64,000 nt of DNA from an uncultured cyanobacterium (GCA_963706595.1 OY970166.1:2016001-2080000); one strand, 5' to 3'. Positions 21,243-32,573 are shown, numbered from the stretch's first letter. Notes: a model not told the origin generated them from the letters alone. Made by a program: numbers and translations.

Positions 21243-22329
21243 ACAATACCTTACACTGTCCATGATGGCGTAATAAATGGTCACATAAAACTAATGCTAC
21301 CATTGCTTCAACCATTGGCACGGCACGAGGTAATACACAAGGATCATGTCTGCCTTTGGCTGCTAATACTGTTTCTTCACCTTCTTTAGTAACTGTTTTT
21401 TGCTCTTTTCTAATGGTGGCTGTGGGTTTAAATGCAACTCTTAAAATTATATTTTCACCGTTGGAAATTCCCCCTTGAATGCCTCCAGAACGATTTGTTA
21501 CGGTGCGAATTTCTCCGTTTTCATCAATATAAAATTCGTCGTTATGTTCAATTCCGGTTAATAGTGTCCCGGCAAAACCTGAACCAATTTCAAAGCCTTT
21601 GCTAGCGGGTAGAGACATCACACCTTTGGCAATATCTGCTTCTAATTTATCAAATACTGGTTCGCCTAAGCCTTTGGGGACATTCCGGGCTACGCATTCT
21701 ACTACACCGCCGATGGAATTACCTTGTTTACCTATTTCTTCTATTAATGAAATCATGCGATCGCAGCATTCGGCATCGGGACAGCGTACAATATTACTTT
21801 CGACTTGTTCTAAGGTGACGGTGTTAGGATCAATTACGCCTTCTAAGTCTTTGATGCGCTTGACGTAACCGATAATTTCAATATTGGCAACTTGACGGAG
21901 AATTTTTTTAGCGATCGCACCAGCTGCAACTCTACCTATTGTCTCACGGGCTGACGATCTGCCGCCACCTTGCCAATTACGAATGCCATATTTTGCATCA
22001 TAAGTTGCATCGGCGTGGGATGGGCGATATGTTTGCGCCATCTCGTCGTAGTCTTGGGGACGGGTGTCTTTATTCCGCACCATAATGGCTATGGGTGTTC
22101 CCAAGGTTTTCCCTGCAAATACTCCAGAGAGGATTTCGCAAGTGTCTGCTTCTTTGCGGGGTGTGGTAATTTTACTTTGTCCCGGTCGTCTTCTGTCTAG
22201 TTCTACTTGAATTTCTTCGGCTGTAATTTCCAGTTGTGGAGGACAGCCATCAATTATAACCCCCACTCCGCCGCCGTGGGACTCGCCAAATGTTGTGATG
22301 CGGAATAAATGTCCGAATGTGTTACCCAT
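21241..22329 (-). CDS. aroC: chorismate synthase
   Basis: [21 protein letters not shown] and GRHDPCV signatures. Confidence 0.97.
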   Translation of the reverse strand: MGNTFGHLFRITTFGESHGGGVGVIIDGCPPQLEITAEEIQVELDRRRPGQSKITTPRKEADTCEILSGVFAGKTLGTPIAIMVRNKDTRPQDYDEMAQTYRPSHADATYDAKYGIRNWQGGGRSSARETIGRVAAGAIAKKILRQVANIEIIGYVKRIKDLEGVIDPNTVTLEQVESNIVRCPDAECCDRMISLIEEIGKQGNSIGGVVECVARNVPKGLGEPVFDKLEADIAKGVMSLPASKGFEIGSGFAGTLLTGIEHNDEFYIDENGEIRTVTNRSGGIQGGISNGENIILRVAFKPTATIRKEQKTVTKEGEETVLAAKGRHDPCVLPRAVPMVEAMVALVLCDHLLRHHGQCKVL

Positions 22330-22411
22330 GTTGTTGAGGAAAATTAGTGAGGCTTTTGTATTGTACCGAATGTTATCACGTTATAAAATGATCAGTTTTT
22401 CGGTTTTGAGG

Positions 22412-22445
22412 ACGTTAGCGTAGCTTGCGCGTAGCGCATACCGCC
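22412..22445. repeat. small dispersed repeat, second copy at ~39343-39376
   Basis: ACGTTAGCGTAGC(T/G)TGCGCG(T/A)AGCGCATACCGC occurs at both sites. Confidence 0.7.
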
Positions 22446-22483
22446 AAGTCGCCAAGTACGCCAAGGGGAGAGAGTTTGAGGAA

Positions 22484-23413
22484 TTATTCAAGGTTTAAGT
22501 TTGCACTCATTAAGTCTTCTAGGTTTGTGACTAATTTGGTGCAAATTTGATCTACTGGTAAGTCGTTGGGTTCGAGTCCAAAGGGGTTTTCTATTTGATT
22601 GGCAATTTCTTCTACGCCTAGCAAAATAAAACTGATGACTGCGACGATTGGCGCTGTCCACCAATTTAGGTTATGTACAAGTTGTAAGGGTAATATTAGA
22701 CAATATATTAATAAAACTCTCTTGAGATATATTGTATATGCTAAGGGGACTGGTGTTGTTAAAATTCGTTCACAACCGATGAATCCTTCTACCATGTTAT
22801 CTAGTGCGGTGTTCATGGCTATTAGTTCAAATATTGAGATGCGATTTTGGTTTTGCTGCTGTTTGAGATAATCGCCAATCCATAAGGCTATTCTTAAGGG
22901 CGGACTTTTTGCATCTTTGATTTCTAAATATTGTGCTGGTGTGAGTAAGGTTTCTAATTCGCTATTGACGGGTAAGCGTCTTAGTTGTAGTTTTGTGGCG
23001 ACGGAAAAGGCACTTAATAATTTTACTGCGGCTGCTTTTCTTTCTCCATCTACAGGTTCTTTTTCTAGAATTAATAGCCTAATTCTTCTCCCTAAGTTTA
23101 AACTATTAATAACTATCGTTCCCCAGATTTGCCGACCTTCCCAATATCTACTATATGCTGTATTTGTGCGAAATACCATTAATAATCCTAAGACAAGATT
23201 ATAGGCTACATTACTAATTACACTACTAAAAACTTGTTGTGGTAAGTCATAGCCGTAGTAGTGAATTACAGATACGATAAATCCTAATCCACTACATAAC
23301 ATTAGTCGGGGGAAAATAGCCGGAACTACTGAACCTTTTATTTGTAAAGCCACTTGCAACCAATTGGGTTTTTCAACAATCATCTGAATTTTTACATTTA
23401 TGGCGTTTTGCAA
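22484..23413 (-). CDS. bestrophin family (YneE-like) channel
   Basis: FRTNTAYSRYWEGR, CERILTTPVP and ENPFG...NDLP motifs. Confidence 0.9.
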   Translation of the reverse strand: MQNAINVKIQMIVEKPNWLQVALQIKGSVVPAIFPRLMLCSGLGFIVSVIHYYGYDLPQQVFSSVISNVAYNLVLGLLMVFRTNTAYSRYWEGRQIWGTIVINSLNLGRRIRLLILEKEPVDGERKAAAVKLLSAFSVATKLQLRRLPVNSELETLLTPAQYLEIKDAKSPPLRIALWIGDYLKQQQNQNRISIFELIAMNTALDNMVEGFIGCERILTTPVPLAYTIYLKRVLLIYCLILPLQLVHNLNWWTAPIVAVISFILLGVEEIANQIENPFGLEPNDLPVDQICTKLVTNLEDLMSANLNLE

Positions 23414-23526
23414 TGGGAGAGGTGATGGAAGAGATAATTAACCACAGATGCACACAGATAAATATAGATGAATCTGTGCTATAATGGTGTAATTATCCGA
23501 TTCTTTGAGTGGCTTTTTGAGGGTTT

Positions 23527-24834
23527 TTATCCTAAGTCTTGATGGGTAAATGATTGGGCATTTTCTCCAGTATATGCGGCGACAATATGACCGTTACCAG
23601 TCATTTGATATTTGTAGGTAATTAATCCTTCTAAACCAACGGGACCACGGGGCGGCATTTGTTGGGTGCTAATTCCTACTTCTGCACCGAAACCGTAGCG
23701 GAAACCATCGGCGAATCGGGTAGAACAATTGTGAAATACTCCGGCTGCATTTACTAGTCCAAAGAAGGTTTCTACTGCTGCTAAGTCTTCTGTGATGATG
23801 GCTTCTGTATGACGGGAACCATATTCGTTAATATGTGCGATCGCATCTTCTATTGAATCGACTATTTTAATCGATAAAATGAAATCGCTGTATTCTGTCT
23901 CCCAGTCTGTATCTGTGGCTTTGGCAATATTTGGGAATATCTCTAAGCTGCGTTGATCACCTTTTAATTCTACATCAACTAGTTGCAAAGACTCCGCAAT
24001 TTTTGGTAAAAAGTCGGCGGCTATGGATTGGTGAACTAACAAAGTTTCAATGGCATTACAAGCAGCAGCATATTGAATTTTAGCATCCACTGTAACTTTA
24101 ATAGCTTTGGCTATATCGGCAGCTTTGTCTATATATAGATGACAAATTCCTTCGGCGTGTCCTAATACGGGAATGCGGGTATTATCTTGGACAAACTGCA
24201 CAAAGGAATTAGAACCTCTGGGAATAATTAAATCTACATATTTATCTAAATTTAAAAGTTCTAAGGTTTCTTCTCTGGTTGTTAATAACTGCACTGCATC
24301 TGAGTTCACCGCAGTCTGAGATAATCCTTGTTTAATGGCTTTAACTATGGCTTCACAAGAACGAATCGCTTCTTTTCCACCTTTGAGAATTACACCATTA
24401 CCTGATTTTATCGCCAGGGAAACAATTTGAATTGCTGCTTCTGGACGGGCTTCAAAAATAATCCCCAACACACCCAAAGGACAAGTTATGCGCTTGAGAA
24501 CTAAACCTGTATCAAGTTCCCGGTGAATCTGCACTTGACCCACTGGATCTGCTAGTTTAGCCACATCTCGCACCCCTGCGATCGCATCTCTTAATTTATG
24601 TTCATCTAACTGCAACCGTTTATACAGTGGTTTAGCAATTCCCTCAGCAGATGCGGCTTGACAATCGGCGATATTTGCCTGTAAAATCTCGTCCTTAGCT
24701 GATTCTAAAGCTTGGGCGATCGCTTCTAGAGCTTGATTTTTCGCTTCAGTGTCCAGAAGTGCCAATTTACTAGCAGCTTGGCGGGTTTGTTGGGCGATCG
24801 CAATTAACGGAAAAGTATCTTGAATTATAGTCAT
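23527..24834 (-). CDS. proA: gamma-glutamyl phosphate reductase
   Basis: [33 protein letters not shown] and PRGPVGL motifs. Confidence 0.95.
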   Translation of the reverse strand: MTIIQDTFPLIAIAQQTRQAASKLALLDTEAKNQALEAIAQALESAKDEILQANIADCQAASAEGIAKPLYKRLQLDEHKLRDAIAGVRDVAKLADPVGQVQIHRELDTGLVLKRITCPLGVLGIIFEARPEAAIQIVSLAIKSGNGVILKGGKEAIRSCEAIVKAIKQGLSQTAVNSDAVQLLTTREETLELLNLDKYVDLIIPRGSNSFVQFVQDNTRIPVLGHAEGICHLYIDKAADIAKAIKVTVDAKIQYAAACNAIETLLVHQSIAADFLPKIAESLQLVDVELKGDQRSLEIFPNIAKATDTDWETEYSDFILSIKIVDSIEDAIAHINEYGSRHTEAIITEDLAAVETFFGLVNAAGVFHNCSTRFADGFRYGFGAEVGISTQQMPPRGPVGLEGLITYKYQMTGNGHIVAAYTGENAQSFTHQDLG

Positions 24835-24996
24835 CTTAAAAAACTGAGCTTTTTCCTCATCCTATCAATCTTAGGAATCTGAATTAAATAACATCTCTAT
24901 CTCCCCTCTCCTTAGCAAGGAGAGGGGCTGGGGGTGAGGTTCTCCATATTATACTGGTTGATTTTCCGTGAATGGGTTTTAGACTTTTCCCACGTC

Positions 24997-25935
24997 CTAA
25001 CCACCTTGGCGATTTTCTGGCGAATAAGGAACACCTAAGCCTTGGGGAGGTCTAGATTTACCAGCTAATCCCAATAATGCCAATAAAGCGATCGCATAAG
25101 GTAACATGGCGAGAAACTGATAGGGAATGTTCACACCCAGGGCTTGAATTCGTAACTGTAAAGCTTCTGTCGCGCCAAACAACAAACAAGCCAGAGTACT
25201 ACCTATAGGATGCCATCTGCCAAAAATTAAAGCTGCGATCGCAATAAATCCTTTCCCTGCACTCATATTTTCGGCAAAAAATTGTATTTGTACTAAAGTC
25301 AGATAAGCACCTCCTAAACTGGCAAGACAGCCACTAAGGATAATCGCCCAATATCGCACCTGTGAGACTGCAACCCCAGTCGTTGCAGCAGCTTGGGGAT
25401 ATTCACCTACAGCCCGTAAAGTCAAACCAAAGCTAGTGTGAAATAAAATATAGTAACTTACAGCAACTAGAATTATTAGTAAATATACGAAAACATCTTG
25501 CTGAAACAATATAGAACCCAGTAGAGGGATATTCGCCAAACCAGGAATGACTAAAGGCTCAATTCCTGCTAATCTCTGAGTGCTACCACCATCAAATACT
25601 AACCGTGCTAAAAACGATGTTACCCCGGCAGTTACCAGATTAATCGCTAAACCTGATACTAATTGATTGACGTATAAACTTACGCATAGAAAAGCGTGGA
25701 GTAAACCGACTAATCCCCCAGCAATTAACGCACAGAGAATTCCCAGCCAAGGATTACCCGTGTAGAAAGTGGCGACAGCACTAGTAAAAGCACCAGTGAG
25801 TAACATTCCTTCTAAGGCAATATTTAGCACTCCTGACCGTTCAGAGTACATTCCCCCAAGGGCTGCATAAGCTAGGGGTACGGCTAAACGCAGACTAGCA
25901 ATTAAGTAGTCAGAGAAAAAGTTAAGGTTATCCAT
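24997..25935 (-). CDS. ABC transporter permease (nucleoside/sugar, BMP-type)
   Basis: SERSGVLNIALEG, RAVGE and GKGFIAIAA motifs; likely ATG at 25935. Confidence 0.9.
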   Translation of the reverse strand: MDNLNFFSDYLIASLRLAVPLAYAALGGMYSERSGVLNIALEGMLLTGAFTSAVATFYTGNPWLGILCALIAGGLVGLLHAFLCVSLYVNQLVSGLAINLVTAGVTSFLARLVFDGGSTQRLAGIEPLVIPGLANIPLLGSILFQQDVFVYLLIILVAVSYYILFHTSFGLTLRAVGEYPQAAATTGVAVSQVRYWAIILSGCLASLGGAYLTLVQIQFFAENMSAGKGFIAIAALIFGRWHPIGSTLACLLFGATEALQLRIQALGVNIPYQFLAMLPYAIALLALLGLAGKSRPPQGLGVPYSPENRQGG

Positions 25936-26011
25936 AGTTTTTATTTTTAAACGCAAAGGAACGCTGAGGAAAGCGCAAAGTATCGCCAAGAAATCTCCGC
26001 GTACCTCTGCG

Positions 26012-27064
26012 TTAAACCTTAGCGTCACTCTGCGTTTTTACTTTTCTTTCAATGGCGAGACTGATAGCAATGAATAATACTGTTAATCCTTGAATAGCGT
26101 AAACTACAGTTACAGGTACGCCAGCACTACGTTGCATCACATTAGCACCACTACGTAAGGCGGCGAAGAATAAAGAAGTCAACACTACACCGCTAATACT
26201 ACCGCGACTTAAAAAGGCGATCGCAATGGCATCAAATCCATAGCCTGGGGATACCTGTTCAAATAGGCGGAACTTCAACCCCATGACTTCAGTTGCACCT
26301 GCTAACCCCGCTAAACCACCTGCTAACGACATAACGAGCATAATCGTATTTTTCACAGAGATGCGGGCATAATGGGCGGCTGTGGGGTTAAAACCAACGG
26401 CAGCAATTTGGTATCCTAGAGGCGATCGCACTAATAACACCCATAACAGTCCGGCGGCGAGTAGTGCTAATAAAATGCCAGCATGGGCTAAACTTTGGGG
26501 TAAGATAATCGGCAACTGTGCAGATTTGGCAATCAATGGGGAATAAGGACTAGGTGCGCCGGGTGCTTGTAAGGGGTTCTGCACTAAGTAGCTAATTAAA
26601 TACACGGCAATGTAATTTAGTAAGAGGGTAGTGATGACTTCATTGACTCCTCGCACAGCTTTGAGATAACCAGGAATCCAACCCCAAACCGCACCAAAGC
26701 CAAACCCAGCCACAAGTGCTAGGGGAATGTGGATAATAGCGGGTAATCCTGGCACATATAAACCGATTAAAGTGCTACCTAATGCACCAAGGTAAATTTG
26801 TCCTTCACCACCGATATTAAATTGACCCGCCCGCAATGCGACTAAGACACCTAAACTGGTAAATAATAAGGGTGTCATTTTGGTCAAGGTATTGCCAAAT
26901 CCAAAATAAGTAGTCAGAGATTCTTGAAATAAAGCTGTGTAGGCGGTGATAGGATTTGCCCCAGCCATTAAGATGAGAATAGCACCGACAATCAGGGCAG
27001 AGGCGATCGCAATTAGCGGTGCTAGAATTGGTAGCAGGATTTGAAAGCGTTTATTTCTAATCAT
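26012..27064 (-). CDS. ABC transporter permease (nucleoside/sugar, BMP-type)
   Basis: FNIGGEGQ, NEVITTLLLNY and GYGFDAIAIAFL motifs; likely ATG at 27064. Confidence 0.9.
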   Translation of the reverse strand: MIRNKRFQILLPILAPLIAIASALIVGAILILMAGANPITAYTALFQESLTTYFGFGNTLTKMTPLLFTSLGVLVALRAGQFNIGGEGQIYLGALGSTLIGLYVPGLPAIIHIPLALVAGFGFGAVWGWIPGYLKAVRGVNEVITTLLLNYIAVYLISYLVQNPLQAPGAPSPYSPLIAKSAQLPIILPQSLAHAGILLALLAAGLLWVLLVRSPLGYQIAAVGFNPTAAHYARISVKNTIMLVMSLAGGLAGLAGATEVMGLKFRLFEQVSPGYGFDAIAIAFLSRGSISGVVLTSLFFAALRSGANVMQRSAGVPVTVVYAIQGLTVLFIAISLAIERKVKTQSDAKV

Positions 27065-27070
27065 GATGAA

Positions 27071-27640
27071 ATGATTGCCACCCCTCAACCTCAAAAAATG
27101 AGTATCGACCAATATCTTGCATGGGAACCATTACAAGATTGTCGCTATGAATACGTGAATGGCGAAATTTTCGCTATGACTGGCGGTACAATTCCTCATA
27201 ATGATATTGCCTTAAATCTCTACAGAGCATTGTATCCCCATCTACGCACTAGAGGTTGTCGCATCAACGTTGCTGATGTCAAAGTGCAAGTTAATACACA
27301 AAGTCCGTACTTTTATCCTGACGTGGTGATTAGTTGTGATCCCAGAGATTTAAATGCACGCAAATTTATTCAATATCCCAAAATAATTGTCGAAGTGCTT
27401 TCTCCTGGAACAGAAGCTAAAGATAGAGGAGGTAAGTTTGCTTTTTATCGCACCATGCCCAGTTTGCAAGAATATATCATAATTGAATCTGAGAAAATCG
27501 GAGTTGAGTTTTATCGTCGAGGAGAAGGCCGAATGTGGCTGTATTCCCCTTATACAATTGGTGATAATATTACTATAGAAAGTGTTTATTTTAGTTGTGC
27601 GATTGATTTAATTTATGAAGGCATAAGTTGGGATATATAA
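27071..27640 (+). CDS. Uma2 (DUF820) family endonuclease
   Basis: RYEYVNGEIFAMTGG, YPDVVI, IVEVLSPGT and KFAFY motifs. Confidence 0.92.
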   Translation: MIATPQPQKMSIDQYLAWEPLQDCRYEYVNGEIFAMTGGTIPHNDIALNLYRALYPHLRTRGCRINVADVKVQVNTQSPYFYPDVVISCDPRDLNARKFIQYPKIIVEVLSPGTEAKDRGGKFAFYRTMPSLQEYIIIESEKIGVEFYRRGEGRMWLYSPYTIGDNITIESVYFSCAIDLIYEGISWDI

Positions 27641-27711
27641 AGATAAATTGCAAGAATCATAATTACGAACTACGAATTACGAATTACGAATTACGAATTA
27701 CGAATTACGAA

Positions 27712-29187
27712 TTATCCTCTGGGTGTCCCTTCAGCCATCAATAAACCAATTTCTTCAAGCGTTGCGGTCTGTGCGTCCAAAATAGCGACAAACTCACCTC
27801 TGTAAATTACAGCAATGCGATCGCTCATCGCCATTACTTCTTCTAACTCAGTAGAAATATACAATATTCCGGCACCGCGATCGCGTTCTGCTAATAATCG
27901 AGAATGAACTGCACTTGTCGCCCCTACATCTAAACCCCGTGTGGGTTGCATAGCTATAATTAAATCTGGTTCTCCCGCCAATTCCCTCGCTAAAACTACC
28001 TTTTGTTGATTTCCCCCCGATAGTTGACTTACCTGGATATTTTCCCCAGTCGCCCGAATATCAAACTCCTGCATTGCAACTTGGGCATAATTTCTGATAA
28101 CTGGTGTTTGTAATAAGAAATGTCGGCAAAATGGTGATTTTTTCCAAGCTTTTAAAATCAAGTTTTGGGCAATGCTAAACTGCAACACTAAACCCATTTT
28201 TTGCCTATCTTCAGGAATGTACCCGATTTTCTCCCAGGTACAAGAATGATTAAATTCAATCTTACCTTTATTTATACCTCTTAACCCGGCGATCGCATCA
28301 GCTAATTCTCGCTGTCCATTACCATCTACACCAGCAATTCCCAAAATTTCCCCAGCTTGCAATTGCAATGAAACATTCCGAATAGCAGGAATACCCCGAT
28401 CATCTACAACTGCTAAATTTTGGACTGATAATATCACCTTTCCCGGCACAAATGTAGATTTATTCACTTGTAAAGCTACTTCTCGCCCGACCATCAATTG
28501 GGCTAATTGCTGTGGAGTTGATTGTTGAGTTGTTGTTGTTGCGATTACCTGACCTCGCCGCAACACTGTGACGGTATCGCAGAGATTAATCACTTCTTCT
28601 AACTTGTGACTAATAAAAATAATCGTGTTACCAGATGCTGCCAATTGTCGTAAAATATGAATTAGTGATATTACTTCAGTTGGTGTCAGAACTGCTGTTG
28701 GTTCATCGAGAATTAATAGTTTAGCTTGACGATATAAAACCTTGAGAATTTCTACTCTTTGTTGTGTTCCCACAGGTAAATCTTCTACTTTGGCTGTAGG
28801 GTCAATTTCTAGCCCATAAGCCTGGGATAAAGCGAAAATTTCTTGTTGTTTTTGCCGCAAATTTAAACGCCAACTATTTTCTCTACCTAAAATGATATTC
28901 TCGGTAACAGTTAACTGAGGTACAAGCATGAAATGTTGATAAATCATGCCTATACCGAGTTTTATTGCTTCATTTGGCGAAGTAATTTTTACTGGCTGAT
29001 CATGGAGATAAATTTGCCCTGCATCAGGTTGATAGACACCACTGAGAATATTCATTAAAGTGGTCTTACCTGCGCCATTTTCTCCTAAAATTCCATGAAT
29101 TTTCCCAGAATCTACACTCAGGCTAATATTGTCATTAGCAACAAATGAGTTAAAGCATTTGCTAATATTTTCTAAACGTAAATTCAT
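27712..29187 (-). CDS. ABC transporter ATP-binding protein (double domain, CUT2 type)
   Basis: GENGAGKT, DEPTAVL, LSGGNQQK and QPTRGLDV motifs. Confidence 0.95.
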   Translation of the reverse strand: MNLRLENISKCFNSFVANDNISLSVDSGKIHGILGENGAGKTTLMNILSGVYQPDAGQIYLHDQPVKITSPNEAIKLGIGMIYQHFMLVPQLTVTENIILGRENSWRLNLRQKQQEIFALSQAYGLEIDPTAKVEDLPVGTQQRVEILKVLYRQAKLLILDEPTAVLTPTEVISLIHILRQLAASGNTIIFISHKLEEVINLCDTVTVLRRGQVIATTTTQQSTPQQLAQLMVGREVALQVNKSTFVPGKVILSVQNLAVVDDRGIPAIRNVSLQLQAGEILGIAGVDGNGQRELADAIAGLRGINKGKIEFNHSCTWEKIGYIPEDRQKMGLVLQFSIAQNLILKAWKKSPFCRHFLLQTPVIRNYAQVAMQEFDIRATGENIQVSQLSGGNQQKVVLARELAGEPDLIIAMQPTRGLDVGATSAVHSRLLAERDRGAGILYISTELEEVMAMSDRIAVIYRGEFVAILDAQTATLEEIGLLMAEGTPRG

Positions 29188-29193
29188 TTATTT

Positions 29194-30234
29194 TCAAGCT
29201 TTTTTAACACAGCGTGTATCTTTCCCAGCTTCTTGACAACTTGCAAAAGTAATTTTTTTCTCGGCAATTTCTTGTTTGACTTGTAAAGCATTTTGTTGTA
29301 TATCTTCCGGGACATTTACCCCAAATTTACCTAAAGATAATATATCTGGTCGTTCCAAACCGATAGTATATATCTGTCCTTGGAGTTGTTTTTGTTTTGC
29401 CAGTTCTGCTAAATAGGCTATTGCTATATCCAAACGTTTCACTGCACTGGTTAAGACTGCTTGGGGGGCAATATCTAGCTGGTCTTTAGTATTGCCAAAA
29501 GCATAAACTCCTTGATCACTGGCTGCTTGTAAAACTGCGGTTCCAGCACTATCTAACCATTGATAAATGACATCAGCACCTGAAGAAATTAACGCCAATG
29601 TCGCTTCTTTGGCTTTAGCAACATCATTCCAATCACCTGTAAATGTGGAAACAATTTGAATATTAGGTTTAACTGATTTTGCCCCTAATTCAAATCCTCG
29701 TAGTTCTTCTTCTGTGGCGTTAAATTTTTGTCCAGCAATATAAGCTAGTTTATTAGATTTAGTCACAGCAGCGCCAATAATGCCACATAGATAACTACCT
29801 TGCAGGTGGTCAATTCTTAAAGAAGCAATATTTTCTGCCTTGGTGTTACCATTTACACCCACAAAAAATGTCTGGGGAAATTGGGCGGCGACTTGTTCTA
29901 TAGCTGCGTCAAATTGTCCGCCGTGGGCGAATACCAAATTATAACCCTTGCGGGCAAAGTCTGTTAATACTTCTGTTTGATCTGCTTGGGCGATTTGTTC
30001 CACATAGGCAATTTCTGCATTTAGCTTTTGTTTAGCTAGGTTTACGCCTTCGTAACCAGACTGATTCCAAGCTTGATCAGATATTACTCCAGGAAGTGCG
30101 ATCGCTATTTTAAAATCTGACCCACTACTACTAACAGGAGTTGGATTACTACTGCAAGCTTTCAGCAACAAGCTAGTAGCAAAAGTCGCTGAACCAGATA
30201 AAACAAATTTACGACGGTTAAAATTTAGATTCAT
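29194..30234 (-). CDS. BMP family ABC substrate-binding lipoprotein
   Basis: RR signal with lipobox [20 protein letters not shown] and LTSAVK motifs. Confidence 0.9.
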   Translation of the reverse strand: MNLNFNRRKFVLSGSATFATSLLLKACSSNPTPVSSSGSDFKIAIALPGVISDQAWNQSGYEGVNLAKQKLNAEIAYVEQIAQADQTEVLTDFARKGYNLVFAHGGQFDAAIEQVAAQFPQTFFVGVNGNTKAENIASLRIDHLQGSYLCGIIGAAVTKSNKLAYIAGQKFNATEEELRGFELGAKSVKPNIQIVSTFTGDWNDVAKAKEATLALISSGADVIYQWLDSAGTAVLQAASDQGVYAFGNTKDQLDIAPQAVLTSAVKRLDIAIAYLAELAKQKQLQGQIYTIGLERPDILSLGKFGVNVPEDIQQNALQVKQEIAEKKITFASCQEAGKDTRCVKKA

Positions 30235-30311
30235 ACAATTTTGGATTTGAGATTTTGGATTTTAGATTAACCCAATCAGAGGTTCGCGGCTATTTGGAGA
30301 AGAAAAATGCG

Positions 30312-30407
30312 TTCCGTGGATTCAAACAGTCCGGTATGGGTCGCGAACTCGGTGAATACGGACTGCAACAATACACCGAAGTCAAGACTGTTACAATAAA
30401 ACTATAA
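30312..30407 (+). pseudogene. 3'-terminal remnant of an aldehyde dehydrogenase gene
   Basis: Translates [31 protein letters not shown], the canonical ALDH C-terminus; no upstream ORF. Confidence 0.85.
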
Positions 30408-30408
30408 A

Positions 30409-31215
30409 TTATGATTGCTCTTTGGCAATTTGGGCTTTTGCCTGTTGCCATAGAGACTCTAACTCATCCAAACTGTAATCAGAAAGGGGGCGATCAACAA
30501 CCGCCTCCATTTTTTGCAATCTCTGCACAAAGCGCTGATTTGTCCCCTGTAACGCTGCACTAGGGTCAAGATCATGCCAACGCGCCAGTTGCATCACCGC
30601 AAACAATAAATCTCCTAATTCCGCTTGTTGACGTTCTGGTGTTTCCTCAGCCACAGCCTGTTGAAATTCCCCCAACTCCTCATGAAACTTCGCCCAAACC
30701 CCATCAATATTTTCCCACTCAAAGCCAACACCCGCAGCCTTTTGGGAAATCTTCATCGCCGCCATCAGAGGGGGAAGAGTCCGATAATAACGAGCCAGTT
30801 TATTACTAAATTGATGCTTTTCTGCAACTTCCCCCTTCTCCTGTGCCTTAATCGCCTCCCAATTTTGCCGTACCTCATCCACACCATCCACCGACACATC
30901 ACCAAAAACATGAGGATGACGACGAATCAACTTTTGAGAAATTCCCCGCACAACCTCCTCCAAATTAAAATCCCCCGACTCTCCAGCAATTTGGGCTTGC
31001 AAAACCACCTGTAAAAGTAAATCCCCCAACTCCTCCTTAATCCCCTCCCAATCCCCCTCACGAATCGCATCAACCACCTCATAAGCCTCCTCAATCACAT
31101 AAGGAATCAGACTTTGAGGAGTTTGTGCCAAATCCCAAGGACAACCCCCATCAGGCGATCGCAACTTAGCCACCACCGAAATCAACTCTTGTAAAGCCAC
31201 CAAACTCCCATCCAT
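30409..31215 (-). CDS. mazG: nucleoside triphosphate pyrophosphohydrolase MazG
   Basis: GGCPWD, EEAYE, EELGDLL, RRHPHVF and ELGDLLF motifs. Confidence 0.95.
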   Translation of the reverse strand: MDGSLVALQELISVVAKLRSPDGGCPWDLAQTPQSLIPYVIEEAYEVVDAIREGDWEGIKEELGDLLLQVVLQAQIAGESGDFNLEEVVRGISQKLIRRHPHVFGDVSVDGVDEVRQNWEAIKAQEKGEVAEKHQFSNKLARYYRTLPPLMAAMKISQKAAGVGFEWENIDGVWAKFHEELGEFQQAVAEETPERQQAELGDLLFAVMQLARWHDLDPSAALQGTNQRFVQRLQKMEAVVDRPLSDYSLDELESLWQQAKAQIAKEQS

Positions 31216-31241
31216 AAAAAAACCTCCGCGTACCTTTGCGC

Positions 31242-31820
31242 TTACCTTAGCGTACCTCTGCGTTTAACTCCTCCCTTCCTCCTCCCCTTCTTCCCAGCAA
31301 ACAAACTCCGCACCCCCTGCTTCTGCACCCGCTTATAAGCCGAACCCCCCCAATCGCTGAGAGAATGACTCATAGCACCGAGTTCCAACCCCAAAAACAG
31401 AGCCAAATATTCCGTAGTATAAACCACAAGCGATCGCCCCAAAGCCACACTTAAATCCTGCCAAGTCACAGCCAAAATCCCCAGCTTCTCCCCCACCACC
31501 AAAAACACCGTAGCCACCAGCGCCAGGAAACAGCCCAGATAAATCACCCGGATAATTGTCCCAATAATCGGCCCATGAGAAAAAACAGAACGATGGCGCA
31601 GCTTTTTTTGATAAGGTCGCCAAATACAGCGCAAAAAGCCCCAGCGTTGGAACTGACGCGAGTAAATATCCAAATCGGGGCCGAACATCAAACCGCTAAA
31701 CATAAACCCACTAGCAACCAACAAAGTTAAATTGCTGCTGCGAGTTTGCCATAAAGTCACACCGGCGATTACAGGCAGAGTATATAAGGTGATGCGATCG
31801 TGGGTTCCACCAGAGGGCAT
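31242..31820 (-). CDS. DUF2227-type metal-binding membrane protein
   Basis: MPSGGTHD, GPDLDI, HRS..SHGP and SHSLSD motifs. Confidence 0.85.
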   Translation of the reverse strand: MPSGGTHDRITLYTLPVIAGVTLWQTRSSNLTLLVASGFMFSGLMFGPDLDIYSRQFQRWGFLRCIWRPYQKKLRHRSVFSHGPIIGTIIRVIYLGCFLALVATVFLVVGEKLGILAVTWQDLSVALGRSLVVYTTEYLALFLGLELGAMSHSLSDWGGSAYKRVQKQGVRSLFAGKKGRRKGGVKRRGTLR

Positions 31821-31896
31821 AATGCAGTTAAATCGCCTGTGGGCAAAGGATTACTGAGTTATTATTGTACGTGAAAAAAAACTTTTCCCAAAGGGC

Positions 31897-31925
31897 TTGC
31901 GCGATTAGAAATTCTTTGCTATATT
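31897..31925 (+). promoter_or_regulatory. sigma70-type promoter for tRNA-Val
   Basis: TTGCGC, 17-nt spacer, TATATT with extended -10 TG, about 20 bp before the tRNA. Confidence 0.55.
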
Positions 31926-31945
31926 GGTTTACTGTAAGACAAAAC

Positions 31946-32018
<73 letters not shown>

Positions 32019-32111
32019 CTTTTAATATTACCTTGCCATCTGCGTCCGAATAAAATTGGAAGCAGGTGGTTTCTCATTTACGGGTTAAATCTTGCGAGGT
32101 TGAAAAATTAG

Positions 32112-32573
32112 ATGACAGCGCCTCAACCAAAAGTCTTGACAAACTCCCAGCTTTACGATGAAGATTTTTATCTGTGGCTAGAGACAACAGCTAAACAACT
32201 AAAAGCAGGTAAATTAGCGGAAGTTGATTTAGTCAATCTCATTGAAGAAATTGAATGCATGGGGAGAAGTGAAAAAAGAGCGTTAAAAAGTAATTTAATA
32301 GTTGTTTTAATGCACTTGCTGAAATATAAGTATCAGCCAGATAAACGTACTAATAGTTGGCTATCTACTATATTTGAGCATCGCCGGAGACTTCAAGAAG
32401 GTTTGTTAGAGAGTCCTAGTTTAAAAAACTACTTTGACGAAAATTTTGCGGTATGTTATCAGGATGCAAGACAACAAGCGGCTTTAGAAACTGGTTTGTT
32501 AATTGATAATTTTCCTGTGGAGTCTCCTTTTACTGCGGATGAATGTTTGCGTCAAGATTTTTTGCCTGAGTAG
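32112..32573 (+). CDS. DUF29 family protein
   Basis: LYDEDFYLW, NLIEEIECMGRSE, SPSLKNY and ESPFT motifs. Confidence 0.9.
   Translation: MTAPQPKVLTNSQLYDEDFYLWLETTAKQLKAGKLAEVDLVNLIEEIECMGRSEKRALKSNLIVVLMHLLKYKYQPDKRTNSWLSTIFEHRRRLQEGLLESPSLKNYFDENFAVCYQDARQQAALETGLLIDNFPVESPFTADECLRQDFLPE

Noticed and set aside
30260..30407. Riboswitch upstream of the BMP/ABC operon
   Set aside because: The GC-richer stretch is explained by the ALDH coding remnant, and I recognised no riboswitch consensus
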